Shown here: one piece after another, positions 46,801 through 61,800 of the stretch
Layout: each line of letters opens with the position of its first letter
Numbering within the stretch: position 1 is the first letter of the stretch
Assembly (NCBI GenBank): GCA_040954595.2
Contig: CM082592.2
Coordinates: 372,001-436,000 of the forward strand
Length of the DNA stretch: 64,000 nucleotides
From: Balanoglossus misakiensis
Taxonomy: Eukaryota > Animalia > Hemichordata
Direction: 5' to 3'
Position numbers and translations under genes: made by a program
Notes under the pieces: generated by a model
The model's input: the letters and a program-made list of their open reading frames with translations, nothing else
Database searches by the model: none
Told to the model about the DNA's origin: nothing

Positions 46801-49800
46801 AGAAAACCCGTGTGGAAAGTATCTCTACCCGTTTGAAACTAAGAAAAGAATTTATTCTGATTTATTTTGTAAAAAAGACAATATTTCGAAAAAAAGTCGA
46901 AAATGGTAATTTTGTCTTGGGTGATTCAAATTATACCGCCTTTTCTGGAATTTGCAGCACTTTTTACAAGAGAACGACACTTCATGCTCCATAATATTTC
47001 CGAAAATGAAGAAAAGAGTTATTTTTTTATGATTTTTTAAAAATTTACCATTTTTGTCAAAATATGGCCAAAATGGCTATTTTTTCTTGAATTCCGTCAA
47101 TATCTCTGCATTTTTGGAGTGGTCGAAAGTTTTAACATACAATCAACATGTCATATATGATCAGGGCACCAAATTCGAAGAACAAAGGTTTTTTTATTTT
47201 TTTTTCTAAAAATGACATTTTCAAGGAAAATTTGGTAAAACGCAATTTTGTCTGCAGTGAGCCAAATTAGACGGTCTTTTGTGGAATTTGTATCGATATA
47301 TACATACGAAGAGCATTCTATACTCAATCAGATTTCCGAAAATGTAGAAAACAGGTATTTTTTGTAATTTTCAAAAATTTACCATTTTGACCAAATTGTG
47401 GCTAAAATTGTTATTTTCGTGTTGAATGCCGCCAGTTTCACTGCTTTTAAAAGTCATAAAAACTTTTAACATACAAGCAATTGTTTATATATGATCAGGT
47501 CATCGAATTAAAAAAATAAAGAATGTTTGCCTAAAAATGACCTTTTTGGTGCAAAAACGAATAAAACAGAATTTTGTATTAAATCAGCTCATTCAGAGTG
47601 CATTTTTATAATCAGCACCATTTTTACATATAATGGAAATTTTATACATCATCAGATATCCAAATATGAAAAAATGATTTAGATTTTAGATGATTGTCCA
47701 AAATTAGCTGATATCTAATAAATGTAGTATTGAACCGTTCTGTTCCCCCCCCCCCCTACATTATATGCGGTACGCCGATGTCAGCATACCCGGCAGTACT
47801 GCAGGCCGTGCCCCCAACTAACGTCGGTGTTTGAAACGCCCTGGTTAAATTCGAGCTTTCTCTATAAATTGACAGGTAATAATGCAGTCCTACCCGAACA
47901 AATGTCGAGTGTTGACCCGCTGTGACAGCACCATTTTTACGTATAATGGAAATTTCATACATCATCAGATATCCAAATATGAAAAAATTAATTAGAAAAA
48001 TTAATAAGATGATTGTCCAAAATTAGCTGATATCTGATAAATGTAGTATTGAACCGTTCTGTCCCCCCCCTACATTACTTGCGGTACGCCGATGTCAGCT
48101 TACCCGGCAGTACTGCAGGCCGTGCCCCCAACTAACGTCGGTGTTTGAAACGCCCTGGTTAAATTCGAGCTTTCTCTATAAATTGACAGGTAATAATGCA
48201 GTCCTACCCGAACAAATGTCGAGTGTTGACCCGCTGTGACTTTCCCTCTTCGGTTTGCCCGACTTAGCCAACGTCTTTGTACTAGAGTGTCGGGTCTTTT
48301 GCAGAGCCAGGCCGAAGGAAATCCGACTTGATCACCGTTGCTAACGAACGCTAGTGTCTGTCATGGTGTGCCGGGGTTTTAGTCGAGCCAGGCCGTAGGA
48401 GATCTGACTTGATCATCGTGGTCAATGTACGCGTGTTTCCGCTCTAAAGTGCCGGGGCTTCAGCTAAACCAGGCCGTAGGAAATCCGACGTAATCACCGT
48501 TGATAACTTACGCCAGTCTGTGTCATATAGAGCCGGTGCACCAGCCGAGTCACGCCGTAGGAAATCTGACTTGATCAACGTGATCAATGTACGCCTGTTT
48601 CTGCTCTAGAGTGCCGGGGCTTCAGCTGAGCCAGGCCGTAGGAAACCCGACGTGATTACCGTTGTTAACTTACGCCAGTTTGTGTCCTATATATAGTGCC
48701 GGGGCATCAGCCGTGCCAGGCCGAAGGAAATGTGAGTAGATCAACGTGGTCTCTGTACGCGTGTTTCTGCTCAATAGTGCCAGGGCTTTAGCCAAGCCAT
48801 GCCGTAGGAAATCTGACTTGATCAACGTTGCTTACAAACGCTAGTGTCTGTCATAGTGTGCCGGGGTTTTAGTCGAGCCAAGCCGTAGGAGATCAGACTT
48901 GATCAACGTGCTCTCTGTACGCGTGTTTCTGCTCTAGAGTGCCTGGGCTTTATCCAAGCCATGCCGTAGAAAATCTGACTTGATCACCGTTGCTAACGTA
49001 CGCTAGTGTCTGTCATATTGTGACGGAGATTTAGCCGAGCCAGGCCGTAGAAAAATCGACTTGTTCAACGTTACCAGTGTGCAACTGTTTCTGCTCTAGA
49101 GTGTCAGGGTTTTAGCCGACTTATGCTGTAGGAAATCTGAGTTGATGAACGGGAATTCAATGTTAGAAAACCCGTGTGGAAAGTATCTCTACCCGTTTGA
49201 AACTAAGAAAAGAATTTATTCTTATTTATTTCGTAAACAAGACAATTTTTCGAAAAAAAGTCGAAGATGGTAATTTTGTCTTGGATGATTCAAATTATAC
49301 CGCCTTTTCTGGAATTTACAGCACTTTTTACAAGAGAAGGACACTTCATGCTCCATAATATTTCCGAAAATGAAGAAAAGAGTTAATTTTTTATGATTTT
49401 TTAAAAATTTTCCATTTTTGTCAAAATATGGCCAAAATGGCTATTTTTTCTTGAATTCCGTCAATATCTCTGCATTTTTGGAGTGGTCGAAAGTCTTAAC
49501 ATACAATCAACATGTCATATATGATCAGGGCACCAAATTCGAAGAACAAAGGTTTTTTTATTTTTTTTTCTAAAAATGACATTTTCAAGGAAAATTTGTT
49601 AAAACGCAATTTTGTCTGCAGTGAGCCAAATTAGACGGTCTTTTGTGGAATTTGTATAGATATATACATACGAAGAGCATTCTATACTCCATCAGATTTC
49701 CGAAAATGTAGAAAACAGGTATTTTTTGTAATTTTCAAAAATTTACCATTTTGACCAAATTGTGGCTAAAATTGTTATTTTCGTGTTGAATGCCGCCAGT

Positions 49801-52800
49801 GTCACTGCTTTTAAAAGTCATAAAAACTTTTAACATACAAGCAATTTTTTATATATAATCAGGTCACCGAATTAATAAAATAAAGAATGTTTTGCCTAAA
49901 AATGACCTTTTTGGTGCAAAAACGAATAAAACGCAATTTTGTATTAAATCAGCTCATTCAGAGTGCATTTTTTATAATCAGCACCATTTTAACATTTAAT
50001 GGAAATTTCATACATCATCAGATATCCAAATATGAAAAAATGATTTAGATTTTAGATGATTGTCCAAAATTAGCTGATATCTAATAAATGTAGTATTGAA
50101 CCATTCTGTTTCCCCCCCCCCTACATTATATGCGGTACGCCGATGTCAGCTTACCCGGCAGTACTGCAGGCCGTGCCCACAACTAACGTCGGTGTTTGAA
50201 ACGCCCTGGTTAAATTCGAGCTTTCTCTATAAATTGACAGGTAATAATGCAGTCCTACCCGAACAAATGTCGAGTGTTGACCCGCTGTGACTTTCCCTCT
50301 TCGGTTTGCCCGACTTAGCCAACGTCTTTGTACTAGAGTGTCGGGTCTTTTGCAGAGCCAGGCCGAAGGAAATCCGACTTGATCACCGTTGCTAACGAAC
50401 GCTAGTGTCTGTCATGGTGTACCGGGGTTTTAGTCGAGCCAGGCCGTAGGAGATCTGACTTGATCATCGTGGTCAATGTACGCGTGTTTCCGCTCTAAAG
50501 TGCCGGGGCTTCAGCTAAACCAGGCCGTAGGAAATCCGACGTAATCACCGTTGATAACTTACGCCAGTCTGTGTCATATAGAGCCGGTGCACCAGCCGAG
50601 TCACGCCGTAGGAAATCTGACTTGATCAACGTGATCAATGTACGCCTGTTTCTGCTCTAGAGTGTCAGGGTTTTAGCCGACTTATGCTGTAGGAAATCGG
50701 AGTTGATGAACGGGAATTCAATGTTAGAAAACCCGTGTGGAAAGTATCTCTACCCGTTTGAAACTAAGAAAAGAATTTATTCTTATTTATTTCGTAAACA
50801 AGACAATTTTTCGAAAAAAAGTCGAAGATGGTAATTTTGTCTTGGGTGATTCAAATTATACCGCCTTTTCTGGAATTTACAGCACTTTTTACAAGAGAAG
50901 GACACTTCATGCTCCATAATATTTCCGAAAATGAAGGAAAGAGTTAATTTTTTATGATTTTTTAAAAATTTTCCATTTTTGTCAAAATATGGCCAAAATG
51001 GCTATTTTTTCTTGAATTCCGTCAATATCTCTGCATTTTTGGAGTGGTCGAAAGTCTTAACATACAATCAACATGTCATATATGATCAGGGCACCAAATT
51101 CGAAGAGCAAAGGTTTTTTTATTTTTTTTTCTAAAAATGACATTTTCAAGGAAAATTTGTTAAAACGCAATTTTGTCTGCAGTGAGCCAAATTAGACGGT
51201 CTTTTGTGGAATTTGTATAGATATATACATACGAAGAGCATTCTATACTCCATCAGATTTCCGAAAATGTAGAAAACAGGTATTTTTTGTAATTTTCAAA
51301 AATTTACCATTTTGACCAAATTGTGGCTAAAATTGTTATTTTCGTGTTGAATGCCGCCAGTGTCACTGCTTTTAAAAGTCATAAAAACTTTTAACATACA
51401 AGCAATTTTTTATATATAATCAGGTCACCGAATTAATGAAATAAACAATGTTTTGCCTAAAAATGACCTTTTTGGTGCAAAAACGAATAAAACGCAATTT
51501 TGTATTAAATCAGCTCATTCAGAGTGCATTTTTTATAATCAGCACCATTTTAACATTTAATGGAAATTTCATACATCATCAGATATCCAAATATGAAAAA
51601 ATGATTTAGATTTTAGATGATTGTCCAAAATTAGCTGATATCTAATAAATGTAGTATTGAACCGTTCTGTTCCCCCCCCCCCCTACATTATATGCGGTAC
51701 GCCGATGTCAGCTTACCCGGCAGTACTGCAGGCCGTGCCCCCAACTAACGTCGGTGTTTGAAACGCCCTGGTTAAATTCGAGCTTTCTCTATAAATTGAC
51801 AGGTAATAATGCAGTCCTACCCGAACAAATGTCGAGTGTTGACCCGCTGTGACTTTCCCTCTTCGGTTTGCCCGACTTAGCCAACGTCTTTGTACTAGAG
51901 TGTCGGGTCTTTTGCAGAGCCAGGCCGAAGGAAATCCGACTTGATCACCGTTGCTAACGAACGCTAGTGTCTGTCATGGTGTACCGGGGTTTTAGTCGAG
52001 CCAGGCCGTAGGAGATCTGACTTGATCATCGTGGTCAATGTACGCGTGTTTCCGCTCTAAAGTGCCGGGGCTTCAGCTAAACCAGGCCGTAGGAAATCCG
52101 ACGTAATCACCGTTGATAACTTACGCCAGTCTGTGTCATATAGAGCCGGTGCACCAGCCGAGTCACGCCGTAGGAAATCTGACTTGATCAACGTGATCAA
52201 TGTACGCCTGTTTCTGCTCTAGAGTGTCAGGGTTTTAGCCGACTTATGCTGTAGGAAATCGGAGTTGATGAACGGGAATTCAATGTTAGAAAACCCGTGT
52301 GGAAAGTATCTCTACCCGTTTGAAACTAAGAAAAGAATTTATTCTTATTTATTTCGTAAACAAGACAATTTTTCGAAAAAAAGTCGAAGATGGTAATTTT
52401 GTCTTGGGTGATTCAAATTATACCGCCTTTTCTGGAATTTACAGCACTTTTTACAAGAGAAGGACACTTCATGCTCCATAATATTTCCGAAAATGAAGGA
52501 AAGAGTTAATTTTTTATGATTTTTTAAAAATTTTCCATTTTTGTCAAAATATGGCCAAAATGGCTATTTTTTCTTGAATTCCGTCAATATCTCTGCATTT
52601 TTGGAGTGGTCGAAAGTCTTAACATACAATCAACATGTCATATATGATCAGGGCACCAAATTCGAAGAACAAAGGTTTTTTTATTTTTTTCTTCTAAAAA
52701 TGACATTTTCAAGGAAAATTTGTTAAAACGCAATTTTGTCTGCAGTGAGCCAAATTAGACGGTCTTTTGTGGAATTTGTATAGATATATACATACGAAGA

Positions 52801-55800
52801 GCATTCTATACTCCATCAGATTTCCGAAAATGTAGAAAACAGGTATTTTTTGTAATTTTCAAAAATTTACCATTTTGACCAAATTGTGGCTAAAATTGTT
52901 ATTTTCGTGTTGAATGCCGCCAGTGTCACTGCTTTTAAAAGTCATAAAAACTTTTAACATACAAGCAATTTTTTATATATAATCAGGTCACCGAATTAAT
53001 AAAATAAAGAATGTTTTGCCTAAAAATGACCTTTTTGGTGCAAAAACGAATAAAACGCAATTTTGTATTAAATCAGCTCATTCAGAGTGCATTTTTTATA
53101 ATCAGCACCATTTTAACATTTAATGGAAATTTCATACATCATCAGATATCCAAATATGAAAAAATGATTTAGATTTTAGATGATTGTCCAAAATTAGCTG
53201 ATATCTAATAAATGTAGTATTGAACCGTTCTGTTCCCCCCCCCCCCCTACATTATATGCGGTACGCCGATGTCAGCTTACCCGGCAGTACTGCAGGCCGT
53301 GCCCCCAACTAACGTCGGTGTTTGAAACGCCCTGGTTAAATTCGAGCTTTCTCTATAAATTGACAGGTAATAATGCAGTCCTACCCGAACAAATGTCGAG
53401 TGTTGACCCGCTGTGACTTTCCCTCTTCGGTTTGCCCGACTTAGCCAACGTCTTTGTACTAGAGTGTCGGGTCTTTTGCAGAGCCAGGCCGAAGGAAATC
53501 CGACTTGATCACCGTTGCTAACGAACGCTAGTGTCTGTCATGGTGTGCCGGGGTTTTAGTCGAGCCAGGCCGTAGGAGATCTGACTTGATCATCGTGGTC
53601 AATGTACGCGTGTTTCCGCTCTAAAGTGCCGGGGCTTCAGCTAAACCAGGCCGTAGGAAATCCGACGTAATCACCGTTGATAACTTACGCCAGTCTGTGT
53701 CATATAGAGCCGGTGCACCAGCCGAGTCACGCCGTAGGAAATCTGACTTGATCAACGTGATCAATGTACGCCTGTTTCTGCTCTAGAGTGCCGGGGCTTC
53801 AGCTGAGCCAGGCCGTAGGAAACCCGACGTGATTACCGTTGTTAACTTACGCCAGTCTGTGTCCTATATATAGTGCCGGGGCATCAGCCGTGCCAGGCCG
53901 AAGGAAATGTGAGTAGATCAACGTGGTCTCTGTACGCGTGTTTCTGCTCTAGAGTGCCAGGGCTTTAGCCAAGCCATGCCGTAGGAAATCTGACTTGATC
54001 AACGTTGCTAACGAACGCTAGTGTCTGTCATAGTGTGCCGGGGTTTTAGTCGAGCCAAGCCGTAGGATATCAGACTTGATCAACGTGGTCTCTGTACGCG
54101 TGTTTCTGCTCTAGAGTGCCGGGGCTTTAGCCAAGCCATGCCGTAGAAAATCTGACTTGATCACCGTTGCTAACGTACGCTAGTGTCTGTCATATTGTGA
54201 CGGAGATTTAGCCGAGCCAGGCCGTAGAATAATCGACTTGTTCAACGTTACCAGTGTGCAACTGTTTCTGCTCTAGAGTGTCAGGGTTTCAGCCGACTTA
54301 TGCTGTAGGAAATCTGAGTTGATGAACGGGAATTCATTGTTAGAAAACCCGTGTGGAAAGTATCTCTACCCGTTTCAAACTAAGAAAAGAATTTATTCTT
54401 ATTTATTTTGTAAAAAAGACAATATTTCGAAAAAAGTCGAAAATGGTAATTTTGTCTTGGGTGATTCAAATTATACCGCCTTTTCTGGAATTTGCAGCAC
54501 TTTTTACAAGAGAACGACACTTCATGATCCATAATATTTCCGAAAATGAAGAAAAGAGTTAATTTTTTATTTTTTTTTAAAATTTTCCATTTTTGTCAAA
54601 ATATGGCCAAAATGGCTATTTTTTCTTGAATTCCGTCAATATCTCTGCATTTTTGGAGTGGTCGAAAGTCTTAACATACAATCAACATGTCATATATGAT
54701 CAGGGCACCAAATTCGAAGAACAAAGGTTTTTTTATTTTTTTTTCTAAAAATGACATTTTCAAGGAAAATTTGTTAAAACGCAATTTTGTCTGCAGTGAG
54801 CCAAATTAGACGGTCTTTTGTGGAATTTGTATAGATATATACATACGAAGAGCATTCTATACTCCATCAGATTTCCGAAAATGTAGAAAACAGGTATTTT
54901 TTGTAATTTTCAAAAATTTACCATTTTGACCAAATTGTGGCTAAAATTGTTATTTTCGTGTTGAATGCCGCCAGTGTCACTGCTTTTAAAAGTCATAAAA
55001 ACTTTTAACATACAAGCAATTTTTTATATATAATCAGGTCACCGAATTAATAAAATAAAGAATGTTTTGCCTAAAAATGACCTTTTTGGTGCAAAAACGA
55101 ATAAAACGCAATTTTGTATTAAATCAGCTCATTCAGAGTGCATTTTTTATAATCAGCACCATTTTAACATTTAATGGAAATTTCATACATCATCAGATAT
55201 CCAAATATGAAAAAATGATTTAGATTTTAGATGATTGTCCAAAATTAGCTGATATCTAATAAATGTAGTATTGAACCGTTCTGTTCCCCCCCCCCTACAT
55301 TATATGCGGTACGCCGATGTCAGCTTACCCGGCTGTACTGCAGGCCGTGCCCCCAACTAACGTCGGTGTTTGAAACGCCCTGGTTAAATTCGGACTTTCT
55401 CTATAAATTGACAGGCAATAATGCAGTCCTACCCGAACAAATGTCGAGTGTTGACACGCTGTGACTTTCCCTCTTCGATTTGCCCGACTTAGCTGACGTC
55501 TTTGTACTAGAGTGTCGGGTCTTTTGCAGAGCCAGGCCGAAGGAAATCCGACTTGATCACCGTTGCTAACGAACGCTAGTGTCTGTCATGGTGTGCCGGG
55601 GTTTTAGTCGAGCCAGGCCGTAGGAGATCTGACTTGATCATCGTGGTCAATGTACGCGTGTTTCCGCTCTAAAGTGCCGGGGCTTCAGCTAAACCAGGCC
55701 GTAGGAAATCCGACGTAATCACCGTTGATAACTTACGCCAGTCTGTGTCATATAGAGCCGGTGCACCAGCCGAGTCACGCCGTAGGAAATCTGACTTGAT

Positions 55801-58800
55801 CAACGTGATCAATGTACGCCTGTTTCTGCTCTAGAGTGCCGGGGCTTCAGCTGAGCCAGGCCGTAGGAAACCCGACGTGATTACCGTTGTTAACTTACGC
55901 CAGTCTGTGTCCTATATATTGTGCCGGGGCATCAGCCGTGCCAGGCCGAAGGAAATGTGAGTAGATCAACGTGGTCTCTGTACGCGTGTTTCTGCTCTAG
56001 AGTGCCAGGGCTTTAGCCAAGCCATGCCGTAGGAAATCTGACTTGATCAACGTTGCTAACGAACGCTAGTGTCTGTCATATTGTGACGGAGATTTAGCCG
56101 AGCCAGGCCGTAGAATAATCGACTTGTTCAACGTTACCAGTGTGCAACTGTTTCTGCTCTAGAGTGTCAGGGTTTCAGCCGACTTATGCTGTAGGAAATC
56201 TGAGTTGATGAACGGGAATTCATTGTTAGAAAACCCGTGTGGAAAGTATCTCTACCCGTTTCAAACTAAGAAAAGAATTTATTCTTATTTATTTTGTAAA
56301 AAAGACAATATTTCGAAAAAAGTCGAAAATGGTAATTTTGTCTTGGGTGATTCAAATTATACCGCCTTTTCTGGAATTTGCAGCACTTTTTACAAGAGAA
56401 CGACACTTCATGATCCATAATATTTCCGAAAATGAAGAAAAGAGTTAATTTTTTATTTTTTTTTAAAATTTACCATATTTGTCAAAATATGGCCAAAATG
56501 GCTATTTTTTCTTGAATTCCGTCAGTATCTCTGCATTTTTGGAGTGGTCGAAAGTTTTAACATACAATCAACATGTCATATATGATCGGGGCACCAAATT
56601 CGAAGAACAAAGGTTTTTTTATTTTTTTTTCTAAAAATGCGTTTCAAGGAAAATTTGGTAAAACGCAATTTTGTCTGCAGTGAGCCAAATTAGACGGTCT
56701 TTTGTGGAATTTGTATCGATATATACATACGAAGAGCATTCTATACTCCATCAGATTTCCGAAAATGTAGAAAACAGGTATTTTTTGTAATTTTCAAAAA
56801 TTTACCATTTTGACCAAATTGTGGCTAAAATTGTTATTTTCGTGTTGAATGCCGCCAGTGTCACTGCTTTTAAAAGTCATAAAAACTTTTAACATACAAG
56901 CAATTTTTTATATATAATCAGGTCACCGAATTAATAAAATAAAGAATGTTTTGCCTAAAAATGACCTTTTTGGTGCAAAAACGAATAAAACGCAATTTTG
57001 TATTAAATCAGCTCATTCAGAGTGCATTTTTTATAATCAGCACCATTTTTACATATAATGGAAATTTCATACATCATCAGATATCCAAATATGAAAAAAT
57101 GATTTAGATTTTAGATGATTGTCCAAAATTAGCTGATATCTAATAAATGTAGTATTGAACCGTTCTGTTCCCCCCCCCCCCTACATTATATTCGGTACGC
57201 CGATGTCAGCTTACCCGGCAGTACTGCAGGCCGTGCCCCCAACTAACGTCGGTGTTTGAAACACCCTGGTTAAATTCGGGCTTTCTCTATAAATTGACAG
57301 GCAATAATGCAGTCCTACCCGACCAAATGTCGAGTGTTGACCCGCTGTGACTTTCCCTCTTCGGTTTGCCCGACTTAGCCAACGTCTTTGTACTAGAGTG
57401 TCGGGTCATTTGCAGAGCCAGGCCGAAGGTAATCCGACTTGATCACCGTTGCTAACGAACGCTAGTGTCTGTCATGGTGTGCCGGGGTTTTAGTCGAGCC
57501 AGGCCGTAGGAGATCTGACTTGATCATCGTTGTCAATGTACGCGTGTTTCCGCTCTAAAGCGCCGGGGCTTCAGCAAAACCCAGCCGTAGAAAATCCGAC
57601 GTAATCACCGTTCATAACTTACGCCAGTCTGTGTCATATAGAGCCGGTGCACCAGCCGAGTCACGCCGTAGGAAATCTGACTTGATCAACGTGGTCACTG
57701 TACGCCTGTTTCTGCTCTAGAGTGCCGGGGCTTCATCTGAGCCAGGCCGTAGGAAACCCGACGTGATTACCGTTGTTAACTTACGCCAGTCTGTGTCCTA
57801 TATATAGTGCCGGGGCATCAGCCGTGCCAGGCCGAAGGAAATGTGAGTAGATCAACGTGGTCTCTGTACGCGTGTTTCTGCTCTAGAGTGCCAGGGCTTT
57901 AGCCAAGCCATGCCGTAGGAAATCTGACTTGATCAACGTTGCTAATGAACGCTAGTGTCTGTCATAGTGTGCCGGGGTTTTAGTCGAGCCAAGCCGTAGG
58001 AGATCAGACTTGATCAACGTGGTCTCTGTACGCGTGTTTCTGCTCTAGAGTGCCGGAGCTTTATCCAAGCCATGCCGTAGAAAATCTGACTTGATCACCG
58101 TTGCTAACGTACGCTAGTGTCTGTCATATTGTGACGGAGATTTAGCCGAGCCAGGCCGTTGAAAAATCGACTTGTTCAACGTTACCATTTGTGCAACTGT
58201 TTCTGATCTAGAGTGTCAGGGTTTTAGCCGACTTATGCTGTAGGAAATCTGAGTTGATGAACGGGAATTCATTGTTAGAAAACCCGTGTGGAAAGTATCT
58301 CTACCCGTTGGAAACTAAGAAAAGAATTTATTCTTATTTATTTTGTAAAAAAGACAATATTTCGAAAAAAATTCGAAAATGGTAATTTTGTCTTGGGTGA
58401 TTCAAATTATACCGCCTTTTCTGGAATTTGCAGCACTTTTTACAAGAGAACGACACTTCATGCTCCATAATATTTCCGAAAATGAAGAAAAGAGTTAATT
58501 TTTTATGATTTTTTAAAAAATTACCATTTTTGTCAAAATATGGCCAAAATGGCTATTTTTTCTTGAATTCCGTCAATATCTCTGCATTTTTGGAGTGGTC
58601 GAAAGTTTTAACATACAATCAACATGTCATATATGATCAGGGCACCAAATTCGAAGAACAAAGGTTTTTTTATTTTTTTTTCTAAAAATGACATTTTCAA
58701 GGAAAATTTGGTAAAACGCAATTTTGTCTGCAGTGAGCCAAATTAGACGGTCTTTTGTGGAATTTGTATCGATATATACATGCGAAGAGCATTCTATACT

Positions 58801-61800
58801 CCATCAGATTTCCGAAAATGTAGAAAACATGTATTTTTTGTAATTTTCAAAAATTTACCATTTTGACCAAATTGTGGCTAAAATTGTTATTTTCGTGTTG
58901 AATGCCGCCAGTGTCACTGCTTTTAAATGTCATGAAAACTTTTAACATACAAGCAATTGTTTATATATGATCAGGTCACCGAATTAAAAAAATAAAGAAT
59001 GTTTTGCCTAAAAATGACCTTTTTGGTGCAAAAACGAATAAAACGCAATTTTGTATTAAATCAGCTCATTCAGAGTGCATTTTTTATAATCAGCACCATT
59101 TTTACATATAATGGAAATGTCATACATCATCAGATATCCAAATATGAAAAAATGATTTAGATTTTAGATGATTGTCCAAAATTAGCTGATATTTAATAAA
59201 TGTAGTATTGAACCGTTCTGTTCCCCCCCCCCCTACATTATATGAGGTACGCCGATGTCAGCTTACCAGGCAGTACTGCAGGCCGTGCCCCCAACTAACG
59301 TCGGTGTTTGAAACGCCCTGGTTAAATTCGGGCTTTCTCTATAAATTGACAGGCAATAATGCAGTCCTACCCGACCAAATGTCGAGTGTTGACCCACTGT
59401 GACTTTCCCTCTTCGGTTTGCCCGACTTAGCCAACGTCTTTGTACTAGAGTGTCGGGTCTTTTGCAGAGCCAGGCCGAAGGAAATCCGACTTGATCACCG
59501 TTGCTAACGAACGCTAGTGTCTGTCATGGTGTGCCGGGGTTTTAGTCGAGCCAGGCCGTAGGAGATCTGACTTGATCATCGTTGTAAATGTACGCGTGTT
59601 TCCGCTCTAAAGCGCCGGGGCTTCAGCTAAACCAGGCCGTAGAAAATCCGACGTAATCACCGTTCATAACTTACGCCAGTCTGTGTCATATAGAGCCGGT
59701 GCACCAGCCGAGTCACGCCGTAGGAAATCTGACTTGATCAACGTGGTCAATGTACGCCTGTTTCTGCTCTAGAGTGCCGGGGCTTCAGCTGAGCCAGGCC
59801 GTAGGAAACCCGACGTGATTACCGTTGTTAACTTACGCCAGTCTGTGTCCTATATATAGTGCCGGGGCATCAGCCAGGACAGGCCGAAGGAAATGTGAGT
59901 AGATCAACGTGGTCTCTGTACGCGTGTTTCTGCTCTAGAGTGCCAGGGCTTTAGCCAAGCCATGCCGTAGGAAATCTGACTTGATCAACGTTGCTAATGA
60001 ACGCTAGTGTCTGTCATAGTGTGCCGGGGTTTTAGTCGAGCCAAGCCGTAGGAGATCAGACTTGATCAACGTGGTCTCTGTACGCGTGTTTCTGCTCTAG
60101 ACTGCCGGGGCTTTATCCAAGCCATGCCGTAGAAAATCTGACTTGATCACCGTTGCTAACGTACGCTAGTGTCTGTCATATTGTGACGGAGATTTAGCCG
60201 AGCCAGGCCGTAGAAAAATCGACTTGTTCAACGTTACCATTTGTGCAACTGTTTCTGCTCTAGAGTGTCAGGGTTTTAGCCGACTTATGCTGTAGGAAAT
60301 CTGAGTTGATGAACGGGAATTCATTGTTAGAAAACCCGTGTGGAAAGTATCTCTACCCGTTTGAAACTAAGAAAGGAATAAATTCTTTTTAATTTGTAAA
60401 AAAAGACAATATTTCGAAAAAAGTCGAAAATGGTAATTTTGTCTTGGGTGATTCAAATTATACCGCCTTTTCTGGAATTTGCAGCACTTTTTACAAGAGA
60501 ACGACACTTCATGCTCCATAATATTTCCGAAAATGAAGAAAAGAGTTAATTTTTTATGATTTATTAAAAATTTACCATTTTTGTCAGAATATGGCCAAAA
60601 TGGCTATTTTTTCTTGAATTCCGTCAATATCTCCGCATTTTTGGAGTGGTCGAAAGTTTTAACATTCAATCAACATGTCATATATGATCAGGGCACCAAA
60701 TTCGAAGAACAAAGGTTTTTTTTTTTTTTTTCTAAAAATGACATTTTCAAGGAAAATTTGGTAAAACGCAATTTTGTCTGCAGTGAGCCAAATTAGACGG
60801 TCTTTTGTGGAATTTGTATCTATATATACATACGAAGAGCATTCTATACTCCATCAGATTTCCGAAAATGTAGAAAACATGTATTTTTTGTAATTTTCAA
60901 AAATTTACCATTTTGACCAAATTGTGGCTAACATTGTTATTTCGTGTTGAATGCCGCCAGTGTCACTGCTTTTAAAAGTCATAAAAACTTTCAACATACA
61001 AGCAATTGTTTATATATGATCAGGTCACCGAATTAAAAAAATAAAGAATGTTTTGCCTAAAAATGACCTTTTTGGTGCAAAAACGAATAAAACGCAATTT
61101 TGTATTAAATCAGCTCATTCACAGTGCATTTTTTATAATCAGCACCATTTTTACATATAATGGAAATTTCATACATCATCAGATATCCAAATATGAAAAA
61201 ATGATTTAGATTTTAGATGATTGTCCAAAATTAGCTGATATTTAATAAATGTAGTATTGAACCGTTCTGTTCCCCCCCCCCCCCTACATTATATGCGGTA
61301 CGCCGATGTCAGCTTACCCGGCAGTACTGCAGGCCGTGCCCCCAACTAACGTCGGTGTTTGAAACGCCCTGGTTAAATTCGGGCTTTCTCTATAAATTGA
61401 CAGGCAATAATGCAGTCCTACCCGACCAAATGTCGAGTGTTGACCCGCTGTGACTTTCCCTCTTCGGTTTGCCCGACTTAGCCAACGTCTTTGTACTAAT
61501 GTGTCGGGTCTTTTGCAGAGCCAGGCCGATGGAAATCCGACTTGATCACCGTTGCTAACGAACGCTAGTGTCTGTCATGGTGTGCCGGGGTTTAGTCGAG
61601 CCAGGCCGTAGGAGATCTGACTTGATCATCGTGGTCAATGTACGCGTGTTTCCGCTCTAAAGTGCCGGGGCTTCAGCTAAACCAGGCCGTAGGAAATCCG
61701 ACGTAATCACCGTTGATAACTTACGCCAGTCTGTGTCATATAGAGCCGGTGCACCAGCCGAGTCACGCCGTAGGAAATCTGACTTGATCAACGTGGTCAC

